Below the pieces are notes generated by a model. The model did not search any database and was not told the origin of the DNA. It worked only from the letters and a program-made list of their open reading frames with translations. The position numbers and the translations under genes were made by a program. From positions 28,966-92,965 of IMG/VR virus record IMGVR_UViG_3300035670_000102: a stretch of DNA of 64,000 nucleotides, one strand, 5' to 3'. The stretch is from a virus. Below are positions 50,668-59,800 of the stretch, piece by piece (within the stretch, counting starts at the first letter, position 1; every line of letters starts with the position of its first letter).

Positions 50668-51134
50668 TTAATATTAAAAAAGAACAATTAGAGAACGGAC
50701 AAACTAAATTTACTATGACTGAAAATACCAGACACGTTAACTTTGATAAGTATACTGAATTTGTAGATGCTGTAACTTCTGATGCATCTAAAGACTTTCT
50801 TGCCCTTTCTGATCGTCTGGTTCAACTGGATGAGAAAGGTGCTAATATTGAGAGACTTCTGACTGCCGGTGTTGGAATCAATGCTGAAGGTGGGGAGTTT
50901 CTTGAAATCATCAAGAAAATGATCTTTCAAGGAAAACCTTATAATGAGGATAATCGTGAACACCTGATTATTGAATTGGGAGATATTATGTGGTATGTTG
51001 CCCAAGCGTGTGTCGCACTTGATGTCACTCTCGATGATGTTGTTGCTCGCAATGTTCAAAAACTTCTGAAGCGTTATCCCGAAGGCGCTTTTGATGCTTA
51101 TTTTTCTGAAAACCGTGCTACTGATGACCGATGA
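50664..51134 (+). CDS. mazG: MazG-like nucleotide pyrophosphohydrolase
   Basis: GINAEGGEFLEIIKK, ELGDIMWY, N..KL.KRYP; true start may be the downstream ATG (MTENT). Confidence 0.88.
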   Translation: MINIKKEQLENGQTKFTMTENTRHVNFDKYTEFVDAVTSDASKDFLALSDRLVQLDEKGANIERLLTAGVGINAEGGEFLEIIKKMIFQGKPYNEDNREHLIIELGDIMWYVAQACVALDVTLDDVVARNVQKLLKRYPEGAFDAYFSENRATDDR

Positions 51135-51313
51135 ATAAAGAAAAACAAGTAACAATTAAAATGGATGTGCGCACCGCAGCAGCCATTCGTCAAGTTCTTT
51201 TTGAACATCAAAGGGGGCATAGTTATGAATTTCCTTCAGAACGAATTACTGACATTCGTTCAGTGATTTATGATTTTGACGATAACATTAGATTAATTGT
51301 GGGTGAAGAATAA
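51131..51313 (+). CDS. Small hypothetical protein
   Basis: 60 aa, ATGA-coupled to mazG. Confidence 0.6.
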   Translation: MNKEKQVTIKMDVRTAAAIRQVLFEHQRGHSYEFPSERITDIRSVIYDFDDNIRLIVGEE

Positions 51314-51327
51314 ATATTTTAAAAAAT

Positions 51328-51735
51328 ATGTCTATTCTTGGTAAAAGGAAAGGAAGACCAATTACTAGAATTCAGTTTGATGCAATTCTTAAAAGATTTT
51401 TAATATTCTTGAAAAGAGAGTTGCGTCTTACTTATGATATTCCAATAATTTTAATGGATGATGCTGAATTTTCCAAACAAATACAAGCGTTTGGTGAAAT
51501 TTCAAATAAAAATATAATTCACATAAGCATCATCAATCGACATCCTATGGATATTTTGAGAACTGTTGCGCATGAATGTGTGCATTATAAACAACATATA
51601 GATAAAGGTATTCATTATAGATCTTCTCGTGCAGGAAGCCCAACTGAAAATCAGGCAAATGCAAAAGCAGGTGAACTGATGAGAAAGTATGGGAACCTTC
51701 ATCCTGAACTATTTGACCTTATGCCACTTCGGTGA
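51328..51735 (+). CDS. Zincin-like protein (HECVH...ENQANA)
   Basis: LRTVAHECVHYKQ followed by E-x-x-AN-x-x-AG; AATAAATA late-like promoter upstream. Confidence 0.65.
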   Translation: MSILGKRKGRPITRIQFDAILKRFLIFLKRELRLTYDIPIILMDDAEFSKQIQAFGEISNKNIIHISIINRHPMDILRTVAHECVHYKQHIDKGIHYRSSRAGSPTENQANAKAGELMRKYGNLHPELFDLMPLR

Positions 51736-51741
51736 TATGAT
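51713..51741 (+). promoter_or_regulatory. Sigma70-type promoter TTGACC-N17-TATGAT for the tRNA
   Basis: Correct spacing, ending 10 nt before the tRNA 5' end. Confidence 0.65.
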
Positions 51742-51751
51742 GTTTTTTATT

Positions 51752-51822
51752 GGGGGATTAGTTTAGTGGTAAAACGGGTGCTTTGCAAGCATCAATCACC
51801 AGTTCGACTCTGGTATTCTCCA
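51752..51822 (+). tRNA. tRNA-Ala(UGC), CCA not encoded
   Basis: Acceptor GGGGGAT/ATTCTCC with G3:U70; D-arm GTTT/AAAC; anticodon arm GGTGC-TTTGCAA-GCATC; T-arm ACCAG-TTCGACT-CTGGT; discriminator A. Confidence 0.92.
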
Positions 51823-51888
51823 TACGATAATATTTTAAATAAATATTGTAGAAATAAAGGGTATTAATTAGAAGTTTGTAATAAAGGG

Positions 51889-53223
51889 ATGAAAACATTT
51901 TTTCAGTTTATCGTAGAAGCAACTCCTTCCTCCGATCAAGCAAAACGTCTTGGTCTTGTTGGCGATGGGCATGGTGGGTGGTATAATAGAGCCACAGGAG
52001 AATTTGAAGCAAAAACCATGGGTGACAAGTTGAAGTTTTATAATAAGAGGCAAATTGTTGGTGGAAAAGATCCAAAACAAACAGAGATTGAAAAAAATAT
52101 TCCATTAGGTTCTGTATTACCTCAACAAACACAACAGCCAAATTTATCAGTTTATTCAGATCAACCCCAAGATACGACACAAAATTTTCAAGATAATACG
52201 CAACAGGAAGAACCAATTTCAACTCCTCCCAATGTTCCAAAAACAAAAGGTACGCTAACAATAGCATTTGGTCGTTTCAATCCACCAACAATAGGTCATC
52301 AGCAACTTATGGATGTTGCATATTCATCTTCTCTAGAAGATGGTGGTGATTATATAATAGTTCCTTCTCGTACTCAAGATAAAAAGAAAAATCCATTAGA
52401 TCCAGATACAAAAATTTCTTTCATGAGAAAAATGTTCCCAGATCATAGTGAAAGAATCGTTAATGATCAAAATTATAATACTATTTTTGATGTTTTAAAA
52501 AAAGCTCATAATGATGGTTATACTAACATAAGAATAGTTGGAGGGTCGGATAGAGTAAAGGAATTTGAAAAACTTTCTAATAATTATAATGGCCAACTCT
52601 ATCAATTTGATGTAATTGATGTTTTATCCTCTGGTGATAGAGATCCTGATAGTAATAAAGGTGTTGAGGCTGTATCTGCATCTCGTTTAAGACTTGCTGC
52701 CGCAGAAGGAGATTTTATGACATTTCGTTCTGGACTTCCTCCTGGAATTAAAAACAAAGAAGCTTTAGATCTTTTTTATCTTGTTCGTCAAGGAATGGGT
52801 ATTCAAGAAATACAGGAAGATGGATATAATATATGGGAAATTGCTCCAAAATTTGATCAGCAATCTTTGAGAGAAAATTATATTGATGAAAATATTTTTA
52901 AAGTTGGGCAAGTTGTTGAAAATTTAAATACTGGTTTGGTTGGTAAAATAATTCGTAGAGGAACAAATTATTTAATTTGTGTAACTGAAAATGGGATGAT
53001 GTTTAAATCTTGGATTAAAGATGTTATGGAATCCTATACTGAAAAAAGTATGATAAGAACAATGAGATTACCTGGAAAACCAAATACTTTAATCGGCACA
53101 TTCGGATATTTTAAGTATGCTTCAAAAATGACTCCTGGTGCAATTGGCACTGGAGCAGAAAATCTTCAAGTTGGTGCAAAACCTTATAGTGCAAATATGA
53201 TAAATAAAGATAGAAAAAAGTAA
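51889..53223 (+). CDS. Cytidylyltransferase-like (HxGH nucleotidyltransferase superfamily) protein with capsid-targeting-like N-terminus
   Basis: FGRFNPPTIGH, VGGSDR, VSASRLR; starts MKTFFQFIVEA. Confidence 0.85.
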   Translation: MKTFFQFIVEATPSSDQAKRLGLVGDGHGGWYNRATGEFEAKTMGDKLKFYNKRQIVGGKDPKQTEIEKNIPLGSVLPQQTQQPNLSVYSDQPQDTTQNFQDNTQQEEPISTPPNVPKTKGTLTIAFGRFNPPTIGHQQLMDVAYSSSLEDGGDYIIVPSRTQDKKKNPLDPDTKISFMRKMFPDHSERIVNDQNYNTIFDVLKKAHNDGYTNIRIVGGSDRVKEFEKLSNNYNGQLYQFDVIDVLSSGDRDPDSNKGVEAVSASRLRLAAAEGDFMTFRSGLPPGIKNKEALDLFYLVRQGMGIQEIQEDGYNIWEIAPKFDQQSLRENYIDENIFKVGQVVENLNTGLVGKIIRRGTNYLICVTENGMMFKSWIKDVMESYTEKSMIRTMRLPGKPNTLIGTFGYFKYASKMTPGAIGTGAENLQVGAKPYSANMINKDRKK

Positions 53224-53241
53224 AAAAGTTAAATTCTTCTT

Positions 53242-54936
53242 ATGAAAAAACATATTGCTGAAGATCTCCCCGCAAGAAGTCATCCACAAGCTTCTTTATC
53301 TTCAAAAGATAATAAGCCTGAACAAAAAAGTGATGGAAAAGGTCAATCTGGAGAAAAAAATTCTAGTGATAAAGTAAGACAGGCTGTTTATGATATTCGT
53401 TATAGGGCGAGAAGAGAGAATATTCCATTAAGACAAGCATATTCACAATATGTTCAAAATAGCTCAATGAGTGAAGCTGATAAACTTGAGATTAGGAATA
53501 GACTATTTGGAAAATCCGGAAATATGAATGAAGATTATGGAATTAAAGAATTAGCTTCTAGTAATGTAGCAACCGCTCTTTTTAAAGTGTTTGTGGAAAA
53601 GGAGAATGATAAAATTAGTGAAGAATATTTGAATGAATTGAGAGATAATGTAAACGGCGCTAGTAGCAGAAAATATAAAGTTAGAGTTACTGATGAAAAT
53701 GGAACGAGCTATGTTAGATATGCAAATCGTGAAAAAATTAGCGATCTGAGAGCAAATCCAAACATTAAATCCGTTGAAATGACTGAATATGGTGAGCCAT
53801 ATGAAGGCGAAAGGTCTAAAGGTGAGCAAACAACAAAAGCAAAACAAGGTAAAAAACAAAATGATGGAAATTTAGCTAATAATTATCCTCCATATGATAA
53901 GGTAACCAGAGGAGATGTTATTGCTGGTGCCAAAGGTGAAGATCAAATGGGAGGTAAAAAAAAAATTAAAGAAGATTTTTTAAATGAACTCAATGATGAT
54001 GCAAAAATTGATGTAATGAAAAAAGGTAAGAAAAATAATATTGTTGTATCTCCTTCTGACAAAGTTGCAGAATCTTCCTACCAAAAATTTATGAAAATTT
54101 TGCAAGAAAGGGAGATGACTAAATCTGAAAAAAGTAAAGAAGAAAAACTTAAAACAAAGTACGATTCTTCTTCTATGAAGGCAAATATGATTGCTCAGTA
54201 CGGACCAGAAGAAGGAAAAAATATATATTTTGCATCTATTCGCAAACAAGCAATGAAAGAAGAATCTTCTTGCAATTCTTCTGAATTGCAAAGAGATACT
54301 AGAGGTGATTACGCTAAAAAAGAAGTAATTAAAAATAAATTAAGATCTGGACTGGGTATTAAAAATCCTATTGTAATGATTTCAGACGAAGAAGAAGTTA
54401 AAGAGGGTGCTGGATTAAGTGTTGGAATTTCAAAACTTGTTGGAGGTGCTCTTTCAAATCCAAGAACTTCTGCTGAACAAGGAGCAAAAAATTTCCAAAA
54501 GAATGTTGCAGATCCAGTTGGTAAAGTAGTAAAGGGAGCAGTTCGTTCTGTACTTCAACCAGCAAATATGTCCCCTGAGGCACAAAAAGCAAGAAGAGAT
54601 AAGTATAGACCTGAAGAGGTTGAACTGGGGGGTGAAGTTATTGATGAGAGAAGAAAAGAAGATAAAGTAGCAAAAACTCCAAGAAAACCACGAAATCCTG
54701 CATTTGAGTTAGTTGCCAATTCTATGGGTACAGGTAGAATGGGAGTTCAACCAAGAGGACAAACCAGGATTAAACGCCAAGCATCTGAAAGAACTGAAAA
54801 TCCTGAAACTAAAGAACTAGAAAGAAAAAGACCTGCTAGTGCTGGTCCAACTCCAGCACAAAAAGTAGCAAATCGTCGCGCCGCCGCTCAAAGAGCACAA
54901 GATATGTACAAACCAAGAGCAGGTGAATCTGACTGA
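53242..54936 (+). CDS. Charged modular hypothetical protein (candidate internal head protein)
   Basis: 564 aa, K/E-rich, repeated [ILVM]xE motifs; GATAAATA upstream. Confidence 0.75.
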   Translation: MKKHIAEDLPARSHPQASLSSKDNKPEQKSDGKGQSGEKNSSDKVRQAVYDIRYRARRENIPLRQAYSQYVQNSSMSEADKLEIRNRLFGKSGNMNEDYGIKELASSNVATALFKVFVEKENDKISEEYLNELRDNVNGASSRKYKVRVTDENGTSYVRYANREKISDLRANPNIKSVEMTEYGEPYEGERSKGEQTTKAKQGKKQNDGNLANNYPPYDKVTRGDVIAGAKGEDQMGGKKKIKEDFLNELNDDAKIDVMKKGKKNNIVVSPSDKVAESSYQKFMKILQEREMTKSEKSKEEKLKTKYDSSSMKANMIAQYGPEEGKNIYFASIRKQAMKEESSCNSSELQRDTRGDYAKKEVIKNKLRSGLGIKNPIVMISDEEEVKEGAGLSVGISKLVGGALSNPRTSAEQGAKNFQKNVADPVGKVVKGAVRSVLQPANMSPEAQKARRDKYRPEEVELGGEVIDERRKEDKVAKTPRKPRNPAFELVANSMGTGRMGVQPRGQTRIKRQASERTENPETKELERKRPASAGPTPAQKVANRRAAAQRAQDMYKPRAGESD

Positions 54937-55004
54937 TTGTTAAAAAACAGTAAAATCCCTAAATAGGTTAGGACACACTTTCACAATACTATACGGAGGA
55001 CATT

Positions 55005-55175
55005 ATGGGCGCACTTGTAGAACTCGTAAAACCACTTCTTCTTTTAGCAGTTAACTCTTGCCATACCAAGAGACTTGTATGTGATCTTCTTGACCGTTAT
55101 GTCAAAACTACTGATAATGATATTGATAATGTTATTGCCGATACTGTAAGAACAGCACTTCTTAAAAATTGCTGA
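55005..55175 (+). CDS. Small hypothetical protein (56 aa, MGALVELVKP...TTDNDIDN...)
   Basis: Not in the ORF track; strong SD GGAGG, CTAAATA upstream and terminator downstream. Confidence 0.75.
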   Translation: MGALVELVKPLLLLAVNSCHTKRLVCDLLDRYVKTTDNDIDNVIADTVRTALLKNC

Positions 55176-55196
55176 TAAGTAGATATAAAATATCTC

Positions 55197-55238
55197 AAAA
55201 AGGAGACCTTTAAGTGGGGTCTCCTTTTTTTATAAATA
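55197..55238 (+). terminator. Terminator fused to late promoter TATAAATA (55231-55238)
   Basis: AAAAAGGAGACC...GGTCTCCTTTTTT directly followed by TATAAATA. Confidence 0.8.
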
Positions 55239-55268
55239 TCAATAGAAAAAGAATTAAGGGTAAGAAAC

Positions 55269-56042
55269 ATGTCACTTTGGGGCATTTCAACAAACGCTGA
55301 GACTGCTACTAATAATTATGCGATTCCCAAGTATTTGGGTAAGTATTCTTCCACTACTGGTCTTTTTGAAGCAACTGATAGGAATAGAAGTCCTTATAAT
55401 TGTTTTGCTGATAATCGTGGATGGATTCAAAGACATTATAAGACCGCACATCATGCTGGAATTTCTACTCGTTATTGGGATTCTATTTTAGTTCCTGTTG
55501 CTGGTTTAAACACCGCAGGAGCTGGAACAAGTACAACTGGTTTGGGTCAAGCAACTCCGATTGCTGTTTTCTTTGAAGATCCAAACTTTGCTTCACCAAT
55601 TAGTATTAGTGCTGGTGGAACAACTGGCATTTCAACAAACACAGTTGGTTACGTTCATGTTGTCTGGAATGAGGCAGTTTATTGTAGTGCTGGTGCAACA
55701 GTTTTGATTACTCCTTCTACTGGACCTAATATTGTTGCTTATGCGGCGTCTGCAGGAGTTCCGGTTCAGGTTAATGTTCCTGAAGTAGGACAAACTGTAG
55801 TAACTTTTAATGGACAAATAACTAATAGAGTTGCTTTTGCATTCACGGCACCTTCTGCTTTAAGTGGCATTGGTACTGTTTTAAGAATTTCTACTGAAAA
55901 TGGAGTAGTTGGAACAATTACTGATTTTTCTGGTGGTGGAGCAGTTAATAAAGTTATTGATGGTTTAGTTAAAAATGTTGCAGGTGCTGGAACAACCTCC
56001 GGAGTTGGTATCGGAACCACTACTTTGACGATTAAAGCATAA
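55269..56042 (+). CDS. Putative virion structural protein (MSLWG start)
   Basis: Late promoter; G/T/V/A-rich beta composition. Confidence 0.7.
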   Translation: MSLWGISTNAETATNNYAIPKYLGKYSSTTGLFEATDRNRSPYNCFADNRGWIQRHYKTAHHAGISTRYWDSILVPVAGLNTAGAGTSTTGLGQATPIAVFFEDPNFASPISISAGGTTGISTNTVGYVHVVWNEAVYCSAGATVLITPSTGPNIVAYAASAGVPVQVNVPEVGQTVVTFNGQITNRVAFAFTAPSALSGIGTVLRISTENGVVGTITDFSGGGAVNKVIDGLVKNVAGAGTTSGVGIGTTTLTIKA

Positions 56043-56045
56043 TAT

Positions 56046-56417
56046 ATGAGATTTGATGAATTGAATGAGGATAATTATTTAATATTTGCTATAAAGTTTT
56101 ATAACAATCCTCAAGCAGTTACTAAAGAAGATTTTGAGAATGATTTGAAGAGGATAAGATATGTCAAAAAATTATTGAAGAAATATAAAAAGGATGGTAT
56201 TTTAAAATCTCATTTAATTCTAAATCATCTTATTTTATTGTTTAATGTATTTGATGATGCTACTGTGCCTCTATTATTTTATAATATTGAAAGTGATCTT
56301 TGGCCACCATTAAAAAGTTTTTTAATATTTTTAAATAGACTTCCTCAATATCCAAAAACATCATTAGATTATATTGAAGAAGATAAAAAGTGTTTACAAA
56401 AACTTAAAGAAATCTAA
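56046..56417 (+). CDS. Conserved T4-like hypothetical protein
   Basis: FAIKFYNNP...F.NDLKRIRYVKKL...LILNHLI.L.NVF pattern. Confidence 0.75.
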   Translation: MRFDELNEDNYLIFAIKFYNNPQAVTKEDFENDLKRIRYVKKLLKKYKKDGILKSHLILNHLILLFNVFDDATVPLLFYNIESDLWPPLKSFLIFLNRLPQYPKTSLDYIEEDKKCLQKLKEI

Positions 56418-56629
56418 TGAATAAACTAGATAGGTTAATTCAAATTATTCGCAATCTTAGAGAAGAAGGTGAGATTGCAAACGTGGTTGGTGATGGGGAA
56501 AAATCTCTTGGATACAATATTAATACGGGCACTCCTCCAGTATTTCTTTCAAATAAGAAAAAAAAGAACTATGCAAAAGGTGGAAAAGGTTCGCGTAAGT
56601 GGTGGTTGCAGTATTTGAGGGGTGAATAA
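56417..56629 (+). CDS. Small basic hypothetical protein
   Basis: 70 aa, TAATG-coupled to the previous gene. Confidence 0.6.
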   Translation: MNKLDRLIQIIRNLREEGEIANVVGDGEKSLGYNINTGTPPVFLSNKKKKNYAKGGKGSRKWWLQYLRGE

Positions 56630-56672
56630 ATACTAGTAGATTTGTTATGGGCAAATCTTATCGGCACAAAAT

Positions 56673-57092
56673 ATGTTTAACCAAAATACCTCACCCTCAC
56701 CAGACACCAAGATTGCAGTTTTAGAAGAGCGTCTTTCCGCATATGAACTTATGCTAAAAAAGATTGATGAAGCAATTCAGATTATGGGTAAGACTAGTCA
56801 AAACATCAGTAAGATGCTAGCAGTTCATGATGAAAAAATTGAGCAGTCTGTTAAAACGGATGAGATGATTTCTAAAATGATTGGTGAATTAAAGGACGAA
56901 AATAGAGATCAACATAAAGGTGTAACAGATAGAATTAAGGCTTTAGAAGTAAAGGTTGAAGATATAGCAAAGTTTCGTTGGATTGTTGTTGGAGTTGCTG
57001 TTGTAGTTTCTTTTGCAGTTTCACAGTCTTCAATGGTTGTGGACATATTGACACCAGACAACCAACCTGTTAAAATAGAGACCACAAAGTAA
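56673..57092 (+). CDS. Coiled-coil protein with single C-terminal transmembrane helix
   Basis: Heptad N-terminus and RWIVVGVAVVVSFAV hydrophobic segment. Confidence 0.7.
   Translation: MFNQNTSPSPDTKIAVLEERLSAYELMLKKIDEAIQIMGKTSQNISKMLAVHDEKIEQSVKTDEMISKMIGELKDENRDQHKGVTDRIKALEVKVEDIAKFRWIVVGVAVVVSFAVSQSSMVVDILTPDNQPVKIETTK
57048..57076 (+). promoter_or_regulatory. Sigma70-type promoter TTGACA-N17-TAAAAT for g61-nrdA-nrdB
   Basis: Consensus -35, 17-nt spacer, TG-extended -10. Confidence 0.7.
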
Positions 57093-57105
57093 TAAATTCT
57101 TTATA

Positions 57106-58077
57106 ATGGATTTGATTGACTCCAAGTATATTGGACTCGTTTCGTCACGCTTACAGAAATTTAAAAGAGTTAAGGCAGATCTTTACAATTTCCGGTGTCC
57201 TTTGTGTGGAGACTCTCAAAAAAATAAAAGTAAGGCTAGGGGATACTTATATGCTGTTAAAAACAACACAAACTTTAAGTGTCATAACTGTGGGGCAAGT
57301 TTGTCTTTTAATAATTTTCTTAAACAACTAGACCCATCTCTCCATAAGCAATATACTATGGAGAAGTTTAAAGAGGGTCATACTGGAAAAAATTTTGTTG
57401 TTGAGGAACCTAAGTTTGAATTTACAAAACCAATCTTTAAAAAAAGGGTAGATCTACCTAAAGCATCAGAAATTACGATTGCTAGAGAGTATCTTCAAAA
57501 ACGAAAACTTGACCCAGAAAAGTTTTATTTTGCTGACAAATTTAAGGAGTGGACAAACACACAAAAAGAAACTTTTAGCACTATTGGTAGGGATGAAAGC
57601 CGCATTATTATACCATTGTATGATATAGAATCTAATTTAATAGGGTTTCAGGGAAGATCACTTGGACCCTCACCAAATAAATACATCACCGTGATGCTTT
57701 CCAATGAATCTCCTAAACTTTATGGACTTGAAAAGGTGGATTCTTCAAAAACCATTTACATTGTTGAAGGACCCTTCGACTCAACGCTTATTGAAAATGC
57801 TGTTGCTATGTGTGGGTCCGATATTGATATTAGATCGTTTGGTTGGGGAGATTATATTTGGGTTTTTGATAATGAACCACGCAATAGAGAAATCGTCAAA
57901 CGAATATCAAAAACCATCGATAGAGGCGACAAGGTGATTATTTGGCCAATCAATGTCCATCAAAAAGATATTAATGATATGGTTTTAGCTGGACTTAATG
58001 TTATGGATGTGTTAAAATCAAACACATACTCAGGTTTAGAAGCAAAAATTAAGTTTAACAATTGGAAGAAAGTATGA
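57106..58077 (+). CDS. g61: DNA primase gp61
   Basis: NFRCPLCGDS, CHNCG zinc finger, IVEGPFDS, FDNEPRN, KDINDM. Confidence 0.95.
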   Translation: MDLIDSKYIGLVSSRLQKFKRVKADLYNFRCPLCGDSQKNKSKARGYLYAVKNNTNFKCHNCGASLSFNNFLKQLDPSLHKQYTMEKFKEGHTGKNFVVEEPKFEFTKPIFKKRVDLPKASEITIAREYLQKRKLDPEKFYFADKFKEWTNTQKETFSTIGRDESRIIIPLYDIESNLIGFQGRSLGPSPNKYITVMLSNESPKLYGLEKVDSSKTIYIVEGPFDSTLIENAVAMCGSDIDIRSFGWGDYIWVFDNEPRNREIVKRISKTIDRGDKVIIWPINVHQKDINDMVLAGLNVMDVLKSNTYSGLEAKIKFNNWKKV

Positions 58078-59741
58078 GCAACGGAACAAAAGTCGTCAAA
58101 AGAGATGGTCAAACTGAACCTCTTGATCTTAACAAACTCCACGTTATGGTGGAAGAATCCTGTAAAGATTTAGCAGGTGTGTCAGCATCTCAAGTAGAGA
58201 TGCAATCTGGTATTCAATTTTACAACGGTATTGCTACTGCAGAGATTCAGGAAATTTTAATTCGCTCTGCTTCTGACCTGATTGATTTGGATCACCCCAA
58301 TTATCAATTCGTCGCTGCTCGCCTGCTTCTATTTTCTCTCCGCAAGCAGTTGTTTGGTCGTATGCACGAATCCCCTACAGTCAAGCAACACATTCTTAGT
58401 GCCGTTGAGAAAGGCGTCTATGATGCAGAAATTCTTGACTTGTATACTGACGAAGAGTTTGATAAACTTGAATCATTTATTGATCATAGTCGTGACTACT
58501 TGTTCACCTATGCTGGGCTTAGACAAGTGGTGGATAAGTATCTTGTGCAAGATAGAAGCACTGGTAAACTTTATGAAACGCCACAGTTCATGTATCTTTT
58601 GATTGCGGCGACTATCTTTTCAAAGTATCCTAAAGAAACCCGTCTAGATTACGTTAAGAAGTATTATGACGCAATCTCAAAGCACAAAATCAACATTCCT
58701 ACGCCAATCATGGCAGGTGTTAGAACCCCACTTCGTCAATATGCAAGTTGCGTTCTTGTTGATGTTGATGACACCCTTGATAGCATCTTCAGCTCTGATA
58801 TGGCAATTGGTCGCTATGTTGCTCAAAGAGCAGGAATTGGTATCAACGCAGGTCGCATCAGGGGCATCAACGCTAAAATCAGAGGCGGAGAAGTTCAGCA
58901 TACGGGTGTTGTCCCATTCCTCAAGAAGTTTGAGGCAACTGTCAGGTGTTGTACACAAAACGGGATTCGTGGTGGAAGTGCTACTGTCCACTTTCCAATC
59001 TGGCACCAAGAAATAGAAGATATTCTTGTCTTAAAGAATAATAAAGGAACTGAAGATAATCGTGTTCGTAAATTAGACTACTCTATCCAAATCTCCAAAC
59101 TCTTCTATGAACGATTCATCCGTAACGAAGAAATCTCACTCTTCTCTCCCCACGCTGTTCCTGGTCTGTATGATGCTTTTGGCACTGATGGATTTGACGA
59201 GTTATATCTTCGTTATGAACGAGATGAATCTATTCCAAGAAAAACTATCGGCGCTCAAGAACTCTTTCTGGACCTCCTGAAAGAACGTGCTGAAACTGGT
59301 CGTATCTACATTATGAATATTGACCATTGCAACTCCCACTCTTCCTTTATCGATAAGGTTGAGATGAGTAATCTTTGTGTTGCTGGTGATACTTTGATTT
59401 CAATTAGACACAATTTAAATGATTATTCTGACGAATCAATTTCTAGGGACACCATTGATAAAACAACTGTTATTGAAATTAAAGATCTTGAAAAATTTAG
59501 TAATAACTTATTTGTCAATGATATAAAAGTTCTTTCTTATAACACTGAAACTGGTAAAGAAGAGTGGGCACCTATTACAGCATTTACCCAAACTTCACCA
59601 AAAGCAAAAGTAATGAAAATTACTGATGAAGAAAGTGGTAAGAGTATTGTTGTGACACCAGAGCATAAAGTATTCACCAAAAATCGTGGATATGTGATGG
59701 CAAAAGATTTGGTTGAAACTGATGAATTGGTAATTAATTAA
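58074..59741 (+). CDS. nrdA: Ribonucleotide reductase class Ia alpha subunit, N-terminal half fused to split-intein N part
   Basis: ATP cone VVKRDG, YETPQ, PTPIMAG, ASCVL, ERAETGRIY, ending MSNL then intein block A. Confidence 0.93.
   Translation: MSNGTKVVKRDGQTEPLDLNKLHVMVEESCKDLAGVSASQVEMQSGIQFYNGIATAEIQEILIRSASDLIDLDHPNYQFVAARLLLFSLRKQLFGRMHESPTVKQHILSAVEKGVYDAEILDLYTDEEFDKLESFIDHSRDYLFTYAGLRQVVDKYLVQDRSTGKLYETPQFMYLLIAATIFSKYPKETRLDYVKKYYDAISKHKINIPTPIMAGVRTPLRQYASCVLVDVDDTLDSIFSSDMAIGRYVAQRAGIGINAGRIRGINAKIRGGEVQHTGVVPFLKKFEATVRCCTQNGIRGGSATVHFPIWHQEIEDILVLKNNKGTEDNRVRKLDYSIQISKLFYERFIRNEEISLFSPHAVPGLYDAFGTDGFDELYLRYERDESIPRKTIGAQELFLDLLKERAETGRIYIMNIDHCNSHSSFIDKVEMSNLCVAGDTLISIRHNLNDYSDESISRDTIDKTTVIEIKDLEKFSNNLFVNDIKVLSYNTETGKEEWAPITAFTQTSPKAKVMKITDEESGKSIVVTPEHKVFTKNRGYVMAKDLVETDELVIN
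59376..59738 (+). mobile_element. Split intein N fragment (121 aa)
   Basis: Block A CVAGDTLI, VLSYN, block B VTPEHKVFT..GYV.AKDL...DEL, then stop. Confidence 0.92.
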
Positions 59742-59745
59742 CACA

Positions 59746-59799
59746 ATAGGAAGTGTAATTTCTATATTTTATAAATAGTTATAAGATTACATTTCCTAT
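59746..59799 (+). promoter_or_regulatory. Long hairpin with late promoter TATAAATA (59770-77) in its loop, abutting the endonuclease ATG
   Basis: ATAGGAAGTGTAATTT-c-TATA pairs with TATA-AGATTACATTTCCTAT (two G-U pairs). Confidence 0.8.
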
Positions 59800-59800
59800 A

